Below the pieces are notes generated by a model. That model was not told the DNA's origin and searched no databases. It saw nothing but the letters and a program-made list of their open reading frames with translations. Source: Octopus bimaculoides (Eukaryota). From it: a DNA stretch of 40,342 nt. Position 1 is the stretch's first letter. Every line of letters starts with the position of its first letter. The translations under genes were made by a program, and so were the position numbers. Where the stretch lies: the NCBI RefSeq assembly GCF_001194135.2, contig NC_068991.1, positions 50,357,406 through 50,397,747 on the forward strand, in the 5' to 3' direction. Shown piece after piece: positions 1-10,509 of this stretch.

Positions 1-110
1 GATAGAATAAGTATCAAGCTTAAAAAGTAAGTACTGAGGTCGACTCATTCGACTACAAATTTAAATTGGTGCTTCAGCATGGCCGCAGTCTAACAACTGA
101 AATAAGTAAA
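1..110 (+). mobile_element. 3' part of a tRNA-derived SINE
   Basis: GATAGAATAAGTA...GGTGCTTCAGCATGGCCGCAGTC...ACTGAAATAAGTAAA matches the tails of the copies at 18950 and 36341. Confidence 0.65.
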
Positions 111-124
111 TGTTCAAAGATAAT

Positions 125-150
125 GTGCGTGAGTGTGTGTGTGTGTGTGT

Positions 151-187
<37 letters not shown>
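125..187. repeat. (GT)n microsatellite
   Basis: Direct reading. Confidence 0.95.
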
Positions 188-190
<3 letters not shown>

Positions 191-464
191 AGGTAAGTCC
201 ATGAACAAAATAAAATAAGAAAAAGTGCAACAAAAGTCAATTGGATGTACTCTGTGACTACATTAGATTGATGGTCATTGAAAGTTTTAGGTGCAAAAAC
301 AGAAGATAATGATGTTTCGAGCATGGCTCTTCGTCGGATAGGGAAAAAGTCCAGAGAAGAGGAAAAGGAAGAAGGAGTAGATATTCCGGAGAAAAGTATG
401 TTTCTTATTTCTTTACTGCCCACAAGGGGCTACACGCAGAGGGGACAAACAAGGACAGGCAAAC

Positions 465-636
465 GGATTAAGTCGATTACATCGACCCCAGTACGCAACT
501 GGTACTTAATTTATCGACCCCGAAAGGATGAAAGGCAAAGACGACCTCGGTGGAATTTGAACTCGGAACGTAAAGACAGGCAAAATACTGCTAAGCATTT
601 CGCCCGGAGTGCTAACGATTCTGCCAGCTCGCCGCC
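465..636 (-). mobile_element. tRNA-derived SINE with Nin/Deu-like central domain
   Basis: The reverse complement begins GGCGGCGAGCTGGCAGAATCGTTAGC, has a B-box-like GAGTTCAAATTCC, then GCCTTTCATCCTTTCGGGGTCGATAAATTAAGTACCAG. Four copies occur in the window. Confidence 0.8.
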
Positions 637-1196
637 CGTTTCGTTATGTGTTTGTGTGGGCGGGGGGAGTGCGTGTGTGTGTATGTGTACGTGAGTGTAT
701 GTCTGTGTGTGAGTGTGGTGTGTGTACGTGTGCGTATGCGTGCGTGCGTGCGTGTGTCTGTGTAGTTACAGTGATATATACCTGGCATCTAATATTGATT
801 TCTTATAGTTCAACTCCACTTTTCATTCCTTGGGAGATTCATGAAGTAAGTAATAAACTAACGTCAATATAATCGACTGAATTTTCCTTCAAATTTTCTG
901 ACTTTGTGTCATTATTAGAAATCAATATTGAATTCTTGGCACTGAGCTCGATGAAGTAAGCAAAAGAAGAGATGTAGTGGCCTTGAACCATTTTCAAACA
1001 TTATAACAGAAACATATTTTATCTACTTTGGTGTAGTTTGAACTCACAGTGTAGATGGAATTAAATAAAGTGGACTGTTTGATATCTAAAGTTGCAATAT
1101 TTTTGCTAGTTTGTCACTCGACTTATCAACACAGGTAATGAGGGCTGGGAAAGATCGTCGGACTGCGGCCGTAAAAGAACCGGAATTCTAGTGAAG

Positions 1197-1380
1197 ATAA
1201 TATTCTTTTCTACTCTAGACACAAAGCCCGAAATTTTTGGTGAGGGGGCCAGTCGATTACATCGACCTCAGTACGCAACTGGTACTTAATTTATCGACTC
1301 CGAAAGGATGAAAGGCAAAGTCGGCGGAATTTGAACTCAGAACGTAAAGATAAACGAAATACCGCTAAGCATTTCGCCCG
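1197..1380 (-). mobile_element. Nin-domain SINE copy whose 5' end is replaced by a fold-back
   Basis: Near-identical to 465-636 until TTCGCCCGGCG, where it switches to an inverted repeat. Confidence 0.8.
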
Positions 1381-1401
1381 GCGAAATGCTTAGCGGTATT
1401 T
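1357..1401. repeat. Perfect 21-bp inverted repeat with 3-nt spacer
   Basis: AAATACCGCTAAGCATTTCGC-CCG-GCGAAATGCTTAGCGGTATTT. Confidence 0.95.
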
Positions 1402-2064
1402 GAAGAGTTGTAAAAAGGCAAGAGCGACACATTTCCCATTTCCTAAAATTTCCAACCTTATGCCTATATATATGTGTATACATGTATATGTATGTATGTA
1501 TATCTTATTCCACTTCCGGAAACGGCTTCTTCCCCCCAAAGTCATGAATTCATTTCCCACATACGTTTATGCTTTCGTTTTTAATACTTTTCTGTGTATA
1601 TATATAAAAGTTATAAATGTTTTCCCAAATAAAATTGCGCTTCATATTCGAAGCTCCGATGATGCTATACGGCGATACACTGACATCCATCTGAAGAAAA
1701 CGTTTTTTTTTTTTACATGATGTACTAGATTTGCTCATAAATAAAGAGCCCGTCTGAAACAGCTGTAGTGAGCCTCCAGCCATCTGTGCTATTATTTATA
1801 CTTCATCACACTCGGAACCTTCCTTGAACCTACAGGACACCGTAGAACATGTACCGGAGTGTACTCTTGTGTGACTTTATGTACACGTTGTGTATTTGGT
1901 CCTTATTGTGAATGTATGCGTATCGGGAAAGACAAATCCGTATTTTCTTTAGTAAATATGTGAGAATCTGTACTCACAGTTAGTGCACACGTACGCTGTC
2001 CCCGATTCCAACTTGGTGAAAGATCCCCTGACACCGTTGTTTACATTCCACGGCGTAATTGTTT

Positions 2065-2253
2065 TCACCTCAATAGACGTCAGTGATTGGTTGAAATTAC
2101 CGAAATACGACAATTTTTTACATGAAATAACTTTGAATACAAAATTTTTTATCTGTTCTATAACACAAAATATACAAGTATTCGAAGTTTTGAAAGTGTT
2201 TCGGTACCAAAAACACTACATAAAAAAATGTCGCCCGTCAAACCAAAAAGATC
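2065..2253. mobile_element. Right arm of a diverged GGATC-family element
   Basis: GTCAGTGATTGGTTGAAATT...GGTACCAAAAACACTACAT...AAAAGATCC matches the right arms of the copies at 6114 and 10510; no left TIR found. Confidence 0.7.
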
Positions 2254-2300
2254 CATTTCTTATTCAAATACCTTGATTCCATTGGATCCTGAAAGATTTT

Positions 2301-2422
2301 AACACACACACACACACACATACACATACACATACACACACACAAACACACACACACACACACACAAACACACATACACAAATACGCGCGCACGCGCTCA
2401 CACGCACACACACACACACACA
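2301..2422. repeat. Compound (CA)n microsatellite
   Basis: Direct reading. Confidence 0.95.
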
Positions 2423-2835
2423 TATACGTTTATCAATTTGTGTTGCAAGATTCCTAATGTGAAATCGTGTGTTGAAACAGATATTTGTGGTATTTCGGGA
2501 TAGTCGTTTTTTTTTGGGGGGGGGGGCCAAATNNNNNNNNNNNNNNNNNNNNNNNNNNNNNNNNNNNNNNNNNNNNNNNNNNNNNNNNNNNNNNNNNNNN
2601 NNNNNNNNNNNNNNNNNNNNNNNNNNNNNNNNNNNNNNNNNNNNNNNNNNNNNNNNNNNNNNNNNNNNNNNNNNNNNNNNNNNNNNNNNNNNNNNNNNNN
2701 NNNNNNNNNNNNNNNNNNNNNNNNNNNNNNNNNNNNNNNNNNNNNNNNNNNNNNNNNNNNNNNNNNNNNNNNNNNNNNNNNNNNNNNNNNNNNNNNNNNN
2801 NNNNNNNNNNNNNNNNNNNNNNNNNNNNNNNNNNN

Positions 2836-2906
<71 letters not shown>
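2836..2906. repeat. (TG)n microsatellite at a gap edge
   Basis: Direct reading. Confidence 0.95.
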
Positions 2907-2908
<2 letters not shown>

Positions 2909-3369
2909 CGTAGCGAACGGAACCTCAGAAGTGGTAAGTATTCAAGCGAGGTGTATACTGCAGGCTACTCTTCAGGCCGAGGATATCTTGCTTAAGTGAA
3001 ATGTTACATTGTCGCAAGGAGGTACATGTTGACGTCTAGAAAGTTCAGTTAGGATGTACACACCTCGGTATACACCTCACCTGGATATTTATCACTTCTG
3101 AAGTTCCGCTCGCTATGAAACATATGTAGTCCGGATCTTATCCGTAACCCTTGTAATCTTTTTCACACACCTGGCAACTCCGGTCAACTACCGTGAAATA
3201 TAAAAATAACTTTTTTCAGCTTCGATACGAAAGAATCCACAACCTTCCATCTCAATAAACCACTATTGTCCCTGAAAGTTGTTTCTTATATTTACTACGG
3301 ATTCCTTGAAGCTAACTTTCTTCCTACACCTCGATCTCTGGTTCTTACATTTATATCTATAACTATAAA

Positions 3370-3400
3370 AGAGAGAGAGTGTGTGTGTGTGTGTGTGTGT

Positions 3401-3448
<48 letters not shown>

Positions 3449-3452
3449 CGTA
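3370..3452. repeat. (GA)n-(GT)n-(CG)n compound microsatellite
   Basis: Direct reading. Confidence 0.95.
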
Positions 3453-3599
3453 TGTTGCTGATGCATTCCAAAACTGAGGTGCCAATTTTGACGTAAGGGG
3501 TATCAAAAGATTCAGTCCTATTTCGGTTACCGATTAAACTTTAATTCCTTTATTCTTTTATTCGTTTCAGTCATTTGACTACTGCCATGCAAAGACTCG

Positions 3600-3637
<38 letters not shown>

Positions 3638-3724
3638 AGTTTTGGCACCCTCAGTCACATTTAATGACGATGAATTTTTTTCTTTTATAGTATTATATTG
3701 CTCCTAGCTGTTTATATTAATTTC

Positions 3725-3810
3725 ATGTATGTATGTATGTATGTATGTATGTATGTATGTACGTACGTACGTACGTACGTACGTAATTATGTATGTATGT
3801 ATGTATGTAT
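3725..3810. repeat. (ATGT)n-(ACGT)n-(ATGT)n tetranucleotide array
   Basis: Direct reading. Confidence 0.95.
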
Positions 3811-4829
3811 ATGTGTGTGCAAGCGCACGCGCTTGTGTGTGTGTGCATATATACACACACTTGTGTGTATGTGTGTGTGTCCGTATGTATCATTTCACTA
3901 GTTTATTCGGTTGAAGTTATCTCCCCTGAATCAAGAAAATTTTTTATCAGCATTCAGCGAAGTTGTCTCAGAATTGAATGCTTAAGTCACAGCGCTTATT
4001 CTCCTGCGATTTGTTAAATATTCCTATATCTGCTTGAGGATGGAATTTGAAGCACAACAATTTGAACATTGATTGTCCTAATCCAGTGCTTCCACGTATA
4101 TTTCCTCTTTTTACCAACCTTCTAAATTCGATAAAATATTTTCCTCAAATAGTTGAAGCGATAATTACAGACTTATTCATGCCACTAGTTACAAACAATT
4201 CATCTTAAAAGAATTACAAAAAGAAAAAAAAAACTATAATTTCGTAGGTTCAAACTGTGACGACTTTCAAAGTAAAGTTATCTAACTGAGACAACTTTCA
4301 AATTATTGGTACGAGAGGTAAAGGTTTCTGTATGAAAATTTTATCATCTAATTTTCCTAACGTGCCATGTGCATTCTTTTCTCTCCTATAAGATTCTAAA
4401 CTCCAGAGAGTCATAACGTGCTTCGGTATCTATTCATTATTTATTTTTAGAAAATAAGGTAGGAAATTCATTGATTATATACAGAGCTGGATTGAGACCT
4501 ATAAAGACCCCAATCACTTAAACGATTTTGGTGCCCCCATATATATGTAATTCAAAATATTAACAATAATAAACCATAAAGTAAAATTTTATTTTTCAAA
4601 ATGAAAGAAAACTAACAGTAAGATGATATGAAGTTTTCTACTTTTTTTTTTTTTAATTGCCATGTCTTTGACCAGACCCTCAAAATTAATCTTTCGTAAT
4701 ACATCTGCTTCTGCAGTTAGTAGGGATAAGGCATTCCGAATGTAATTTTAGAAAATTTAGAGTGATTTCTTTTGTGCAGTAAACTAGTTATCATTTCTGT
4801 GGTTCTCTCCTTGCTTTGATACCCTAAGC

Positions 4830-5533
4830 ACATGCTTATTTCGCCTAATGGTTAATCCAGCGCTGATTATATAGCATATCCTGACCTTGGAATAAGTCAT
4901 TTTTAATCCCAGAATCGAAGGTTAAGTAAAATATCTTTAAACTACGATTTAAACTACGATACTTACCAACTTGGGACTTGAGAATGCTGTTATGACATAC
5001 AAATATCACTCGCCCGCTGGACCTCAGAGAAAACAGGTTTAGACTGAACTTTGACATGAGTATGTTCATTAGTTTGTATCTAGAATGTACACTGCAAAGT
5101 TAGGATTCTTTGCTATTTCCTTCTAAGAATTGAAATCATTGATCTTTAACTAGGCCATATTGAACCAAACGTGACAAATTTACTAAGAGAACGGGGAACC
5201 GTGACAAACCTTTCAAAAGTGAGCTATTCCGGCCAAACTGAGACTTGGTAACTCTAGATATCAGACAGTCTTTCTTGGTGCTCCCCCCCCCCCATAACGT
5301 AACATACCCAAAATTACATCCCCAAAACAGCCTTCTTCTTAGTGGAAAATACTTCAGCTGTGATCGCCTCTTAACGTTACAAAGTTCATCGAAGACGCAC
5401 ACTGGAGTACTACTCACATCTGAGATGATATTCTCGCTACATACAAATATTCTAGACTGCATCCAAAAGTATGCCATCCAACTGTATGGGACATTTTGGC
5501 TCACTAGTACCATAACAACCCCTGGTTTCTGGA

Positions 5534-5565
<32 letters not shown>

Positions 5566-5860
5566 AGTTTGCATATTCTATAACTAGTTGCTTACCCTAA
5601 TCCCCACCCAAGACTACTCGATATATTCGTCTCTTCTCATCCATAATGTTTTTCCACCAGTTATCCGACAGGTCATTAACTTGTCACCACGATTGGAAGA
5701 CGTGTGTAGGTCATATTATGGTTACTTCTTTCTCTTAACTAAACCATAAAAATCCCGTTCACCGGTCCAACCTCTGTTTAGTAGTATTGCACTGTGTCTA
5801 TGACCAAAAAGATGTAAACTTTAATAGTCAAGTTTATCTTGTGGGGGAGGAAAGAAGTCA
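4830..5860 (-). mobile_element. Highly decayed LINE ORF2 remnant, apurinic endonuclease region
   Basis: Manual minus-strand translation gives HSAILLNRGW and RVVLGGD* (resembling the APE GGDFN motif) with many stops; boundaries approximate. Confidence 0.35.
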
Positions 5861-6113
5861 TTAGATATGACCTAAAGGATAGTTGCTTTACATTGTGCTC
5901 GCCTCTTTGCCTAAATGCACTATAACAATTGTAACATTTTCTTATAGTGACTTTGGAATGGTAAAGCTTACGATATTGAGGTTTGGGGAAACAGCAAGAA
6001 TCTGTGCAAAAGTTATATGCGTTGAGCTACATTTACACCGTAAACTAACCAAAGCATAAGATAGTTATTTAATGCATGTTAAATAATTATTTAATATAAA
6101 TAGTAAATAAGAG

Positions 6114-6735
6114 GGATCTAGTTCAAAACGGGGGCACCAGTATTTTCTTAACGAAACACTTTGAAACTTGGGACACTGGTAGAATGTGTCATATAAAATA
6201 TCTTTTTCTCTTAGTCTTCTTAAGAAAAATTATTATATTGCAATTTATTTCATGTTAAAGTTGTCGTATTTCTGTAATTTCAACCAATCACTGACGTCCA
6301 TTCAGCCGAATACATTAAGTGCTGACTACGTAAACAAACGATTCTCAAACGATTCTGGCGGTGATAAAATTATTATTTCCTTGTCAAAAAATGGCTGAAG
6401 CATATTGGCAGTANNNNNNNNNNGGTTAGGGTTAGGGAAAACGAACACACGTGTGTTGCCTCTCTGCAAAATGTCAGAAGTAATGGAGATTAAATACGCT
6501 TTACACCGCTTAAACTGCCAAAGGAGTAACTATAAACAGCTGAATACTTGTCAGTGATTGGTTGAAATTATCGAAATAAGACAGTTTTTTTACATGAAAT
6601 TAATTCGAATACAAAAATTTTTTTCTGTTCTATAACACAAAATAGATAAGTATACGAAGTTTGAAAGTCTTTCGGTACCAAAAACACTACATAAAACATA
6701 AATGAAAACTGGTGCCCCCGTGTTGAACTAGATCC
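6114..6735. mobile_element. Non-autonomous DNA transposon (MITE) with GGATC termini and 8-bp TSD; Merlin-like by inference
   Basis: 28-bp TIR GGATCTAGTTCAA(A/C)ACGGGGGCACCAGT with 1 mismatch; flanks AATAAGAG / AATAAGTG (7 of 8 match); central GGTTAGGGTTAGGG next to a gap. Confidence 0.85.
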
Positions 6736-7769
6736 AATAAGTGTTTTTATTGTTAATAAATTATCTAAATCTATTTATTGTTGCTAGCAGTACTCTTTCA
6801 CAGCTTCGGCAATTTACAGTACATTTTTTCTTTTATTTTTTGTCATAACGATTAGACGGATGTTGATTTCAAGGCCAATTCTTTCGAATTACCATTAAAA
6901 TAATATATATATTATGTTAACTAGCTATGGGCTTCTCTAATTCCTTATTAAATATTTTACTCAAACCAGAAATTTCCTTGAACTATCTGCGTATTCCTAA
7001 AAGAATCAGCGCCCAGAAATGTTCAAAATAACACTAGACAGACCGAGTGAATCAACTGACGCATTTTGAAATCTTAATTGCACACAATTCAAAAACTATT
7101 GTAGATTTTGACATCATGATGCTTGACTTTTCATAGTTTTATGATATATATATGTAAGGGATGACCGTGCGAACTCATAAAAGGAGAAATGGTGACGAAT
7201 GGAAAAACAGAGGACTCCTTTTATTTAAACGTATCACACGGTCGAACACAATATATATATATCAAATGATGATATAGATGATATGTTATGCGACGATAAC
7301 ATAGATGACCAGTAATGAAAGACCACAACCGTATTAGATGAATAACAGAGATATTTATTATAGCGTTAAAGATGTATGTCTGTGTGAGAGTGTGAATGCG
7401 GCATATAATAACATAATCAAAGACAGGCCGTCATACAAAGAAAAGTGTGTATGTGAGTGATACATNNNNNNNNNNNNNNNNNNNNNNNNNNNNNNNNNNN
7501 NNNNNNNNNNNNNNNNNNNNNNNNNNNNNNNNNNNNNNNNNNNNNNNNNNNNNNNNNNNNNNNNNNNNNNNNNNAGACTCTTGTTGCTGATATGGCGACG
7601 GCGGAGGTCATCGTGGCTGGACGAAGATGCTGAAGTGGTCGCTGGCTGCTGCTGCTGTCGTGTGGTACACGGAACAGTTCTCAAAGAGAAACTGGACCGA
7701 GACAAATTATTGGGTATGAGTTAAAGCTATTTATAACAAACTATGAGCTCCCGAAGGCTTCAGAATTTT

Positions 7770-8085
7770 ACTCTATCACGTGACCTTATTAGGGGCCGTG
7801 ATTGGTCAGTTTGCGTTCTGGCGGGAATGGTTCGAAGAAGTTGCCGATTCGAATAATGATCAGTCACGTGATGGACAAGGAATGGGTTCTCTACTACGCT
7901 CGCATTTATTTATATTTAAATGAGAAGATTGTATGTAATGGCGACAGTAGTTTTGTATCTAGTGACGATAGGTAGTTTCACTACATATATATACACTATA
8001 TATTATATGTTGTTTGCACCAACTGTAAAAAAAACAAATAAACCACATATTACCTATAAGGACTACACGCGTCAATTGACGCAGT
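7770..8085. promoter_or_regulatory. Promoter-like motif cluster, possibly bidirectional
   Basis: Two TCACGTGA E-boxes (7776-7783, 7864-7871), an inverted CCAAT box (GATTGG 7800-7805), an E2F-like GGCGGGAA (about 7820), and the palindrome GCGTCAATTGACGC with two TGACG half-sites (8069-8082). It adjoins a GC-rich non-repetitive patch at 7575-7700. Confidence 0.55.
7938..7971 (+). CDS. Candidate ECH1 first coding exon (MATVVLYLVTI, phase 1)
   Basis: ATG GCG ... ATA G|GTAGTT gives 34 nt. The phase-1 end matches the phase needed by the exon at 16775, and it lies just downstream of promoter-like motifs. The donor is weak and there is no homology support. Confidence 0.3.
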
Positions 8086-8329
8086 GACAACTTTTGAAAC
8101 TTGCACTTGCTTTTGTTTATAAATACATGTGACAACGTTTCAAATATTCAGTAATTGCATAGTCTTTACAGCTCGTAAAACAAAAACTGCGGTTTAGTCT
8201 GTAGCAGAGCTACATATTACATTGTAATATTTTGTAAGGATAAACTTCTTTCAAAATATCGAATTATTGTAACTAATATCATCATGAAGTCATAAAATTC
8301 AATCCTCTCCAACAGGTAGATGAATGAAG

Positions 8330-9130
8330 CTCTGTTACAATGAAGAGAGCTGGGTGTGTCAGTTCCGATTACAGTTGAGGATAAATGGAAGCAGAGAGTA
8401 TGGGACAATCTGCGTTCAGGTGTCACTTTCAACTCTCTCCTTGATCAATCTGATATAATTTCAAGGTGTCGCCTACTTCCTGCTAAAGCAAAATTCTCGG
8501 GGGACTGGATTGATGCCCTGCCTGTGGCCAACATCGGAGGTCTACTCAGTCTAGGTGAGCTCCGCATTTCCATCGCCCTCAGAGTGGGAGCTGACGTCTA
8601 TAAGGGAGTGAGATGTCACTGTGGTAGGCCCCCTTAATTCCAAGATGCCTCATTTGGGACGTCACAGTCTGCGACTCTTTTGCTCCCTTCCACATCCTGG
8701 ATGCTGCAGTAAATGAGAGAGTCACTGCTTCCATGACCGAACAGAACAAAACCCTGAAGTATCGGAGCCTTGCAGTGAACTATCTCTTCCAGCCTGTGGC
8801 GTTTGAGACGTTCGGAAGGACTGAGCCACTAACCGTGAAGTTTTTGTCATCGTTGGCAGTTCACTTCACCGAGATGTCAGGTGATGCCCGTGAAGGCGCT
8901 TAACTTTTCCAACGCCTTAGCCTAGCCATCACCTGTGGTAATGCTGCGAGCATGCTGGCTTGTTTCAATAGATTCCGTTGAACTTTGTGGTGTGCGACCA
9001 ATTGAAGCACTTAGTGCTGCACTGATGTTGTTTTTTTGTTTTTTGCCTTTTTTCTCTCCCCTTTTTCTGTTTTCCGGGGGGGGGGTTGTCTTTCTTTTGT
9101 AAAAGCTATATTAGATAAAATAAAGTATTA
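8330..9130 (+). mobile_element. 3' fragment of a restriction-like-endonuclease non-LTR retrotransposon (CRE-like)
   Basis: WIDALP..G..L...ELRISIALRVG...CHCG, then in another frame LIWDVTV, KYRSL..YLFQPVAFETFG and QRLSLAITCGNAASML; followed by a T-rich tail with AATAAA. Confidence 0.75.
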
Positions 9131-9827
9131 CCTCTAAAGAAATAAAAACGTTCAGGATCAATTTTTACACACTGTCTTTATTCATTTAATAAAGGTTTTC
9201 TACTCCCACTTTTCTTTATTTTTTTGTTTTGTTTTTTTTTTACCTTTTCAAATTGAAAAACACCTTTGAGTCAATTGATGCATTCTGGTTCTTAAAGGTG
9301 AGTGAAAATTCTGGTCCTTCTAGTGTTAAATATTAAATACATCGTTAATGTCATAAGTGTGGGATATTCTCAGCCGGGAAGGTTGTTACGGAGGCCAAGA
9401 AGAGCTATGAAATTTCCAGCCATGTTCAGGTATAGAACATGTCTATGGCTACAGTAGCTAATGTGTCTTTTTCTTTGTATAGAACTGTAGGGGATAATAA
9501 GAAGACGATTTGGCTAGTATATGTAGCAGTTTGTGCCACCATTCATAAGCTTCATTGTTTACTGCAGCCCTCAATGTGAAAGTATTACTTAGGTGCCCGT
9601 TTCTACAACTTGAAAGGAGATTAAATTAGATCAACACCGGTTGAACTTTGTCATTCATGCGCTAAAGAAAACATTGTTTCCCCTGTCTAATTCGATATGA
9701 TGGGATCAATAGCTCGATTATCATTCAGTGAGTATGTAGTATTTCAATAATACAACACAGTAACCATGAAAGATTATCTGAAAGTTTTAATCAATTTGTA
9801 CTGTATGTGTTTGTGTGTGTATGTATA

Positions 9828-10062
9828 CAGGGTGGCCCAAAAGTAGGTTTACAGTTAGTCAACTCTCTCTTTCGCATTCATATATTAACAGTTGAGATCT
9901 TAATTATAAAAAAATATGAAACCACTATTCTATGCTAATTTAGTTAATTTTCTCAAGTTCCTTTTTCAGTTTGTAAGACAGAAATTTAAATGTAATAAAA
10001 TGTTTTAAAAGAAACTCAAAGTGCCTACGTAGTAACTGTAAACCTACTTTTGGACCACCCTG
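9828..10062. mobile_element. Tc1/mariner-type MITE (235 bp)
   Basis: 30-bp TIR CAGGGTGG(C/T)CCAAAAGTAGGTTTACAGTTA with 1 mismatch; TA on both flanks. Confidence 0.9.
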
Positions 10063-10509
10063 TATATATACGGTCATCCCATAAATAATGCAGTTTTTTA
10101 TACTTTTTTATCTTTCAGAATTAAGATAAACAAAATGCTTTTTTAATCTAAAATATACTCTCCTTCGTTTTCTATAATGCTCTACAATTTATCTGATAGA
10201 CTTGCAAGGCCCCTCTTCCATAATTCACTTGTCCGTGACGAAAAATACTCCTCCACTGCTATTCTAACCTCGTCTACAGAATTCATATTTTTTCCGTCCA
10301 AATGATTTTGAAGACTGTGGAATAAATGATAATCAGATGGGGCAATATCCGGCAAATATGGTGGGTGGAGCATTGTTTCCCATTCAAACTGTTCCAGCCT
10401 TTGGAATGTCATCCTCGTTGTATGTGGCCGAGCATTATCATGATGGAAGAACACCTTTCGTCTTGAAACCAAAAATAGTCGTTTTTGTTTGGTTTGAGTT
10501 TAAAAGTTC

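Noticed and set aside
1652-1680. Hammerhead-ribozyme-like motif CCGATGAT-GCT-ATAC-GGC-GATAC
   Set aside because: Two catalytic-core mismatches (CCGA for CUGA, GATA for GAAA) and no convincing stems I and III; at best a dead relic. An Infernal search with the hammerhead models would settle it.
61-3914. ORFs rich in CV, HT or YV dipeptides, and ORFs running through X stretches
   Set aside because: These are translations of (GT)n, (CA)n and (ATGT)n microsatellites or of N gaps. The same applies to similar ORFs at 20154-20864, 22017-22664, 33850-34646 and 36860-38850.
6424-6436. Chromosome end or telomere-fusion scar
   Set aside because: Only 2-3 repeats, located at equivalent positions inside TIR/TSD-bounded MITEs, and the orientation at 10810 is opposite to a fusion.
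9245-9303. Strong donor AAG|GTGAGT near 9298 as an ECH1 coding exon end
   Set aside because: The only nearby ATG frame stops at once, the open frame is phase 0, and there is no clear acceptor. It could only be a non-coding exon, for which I have no evidence.
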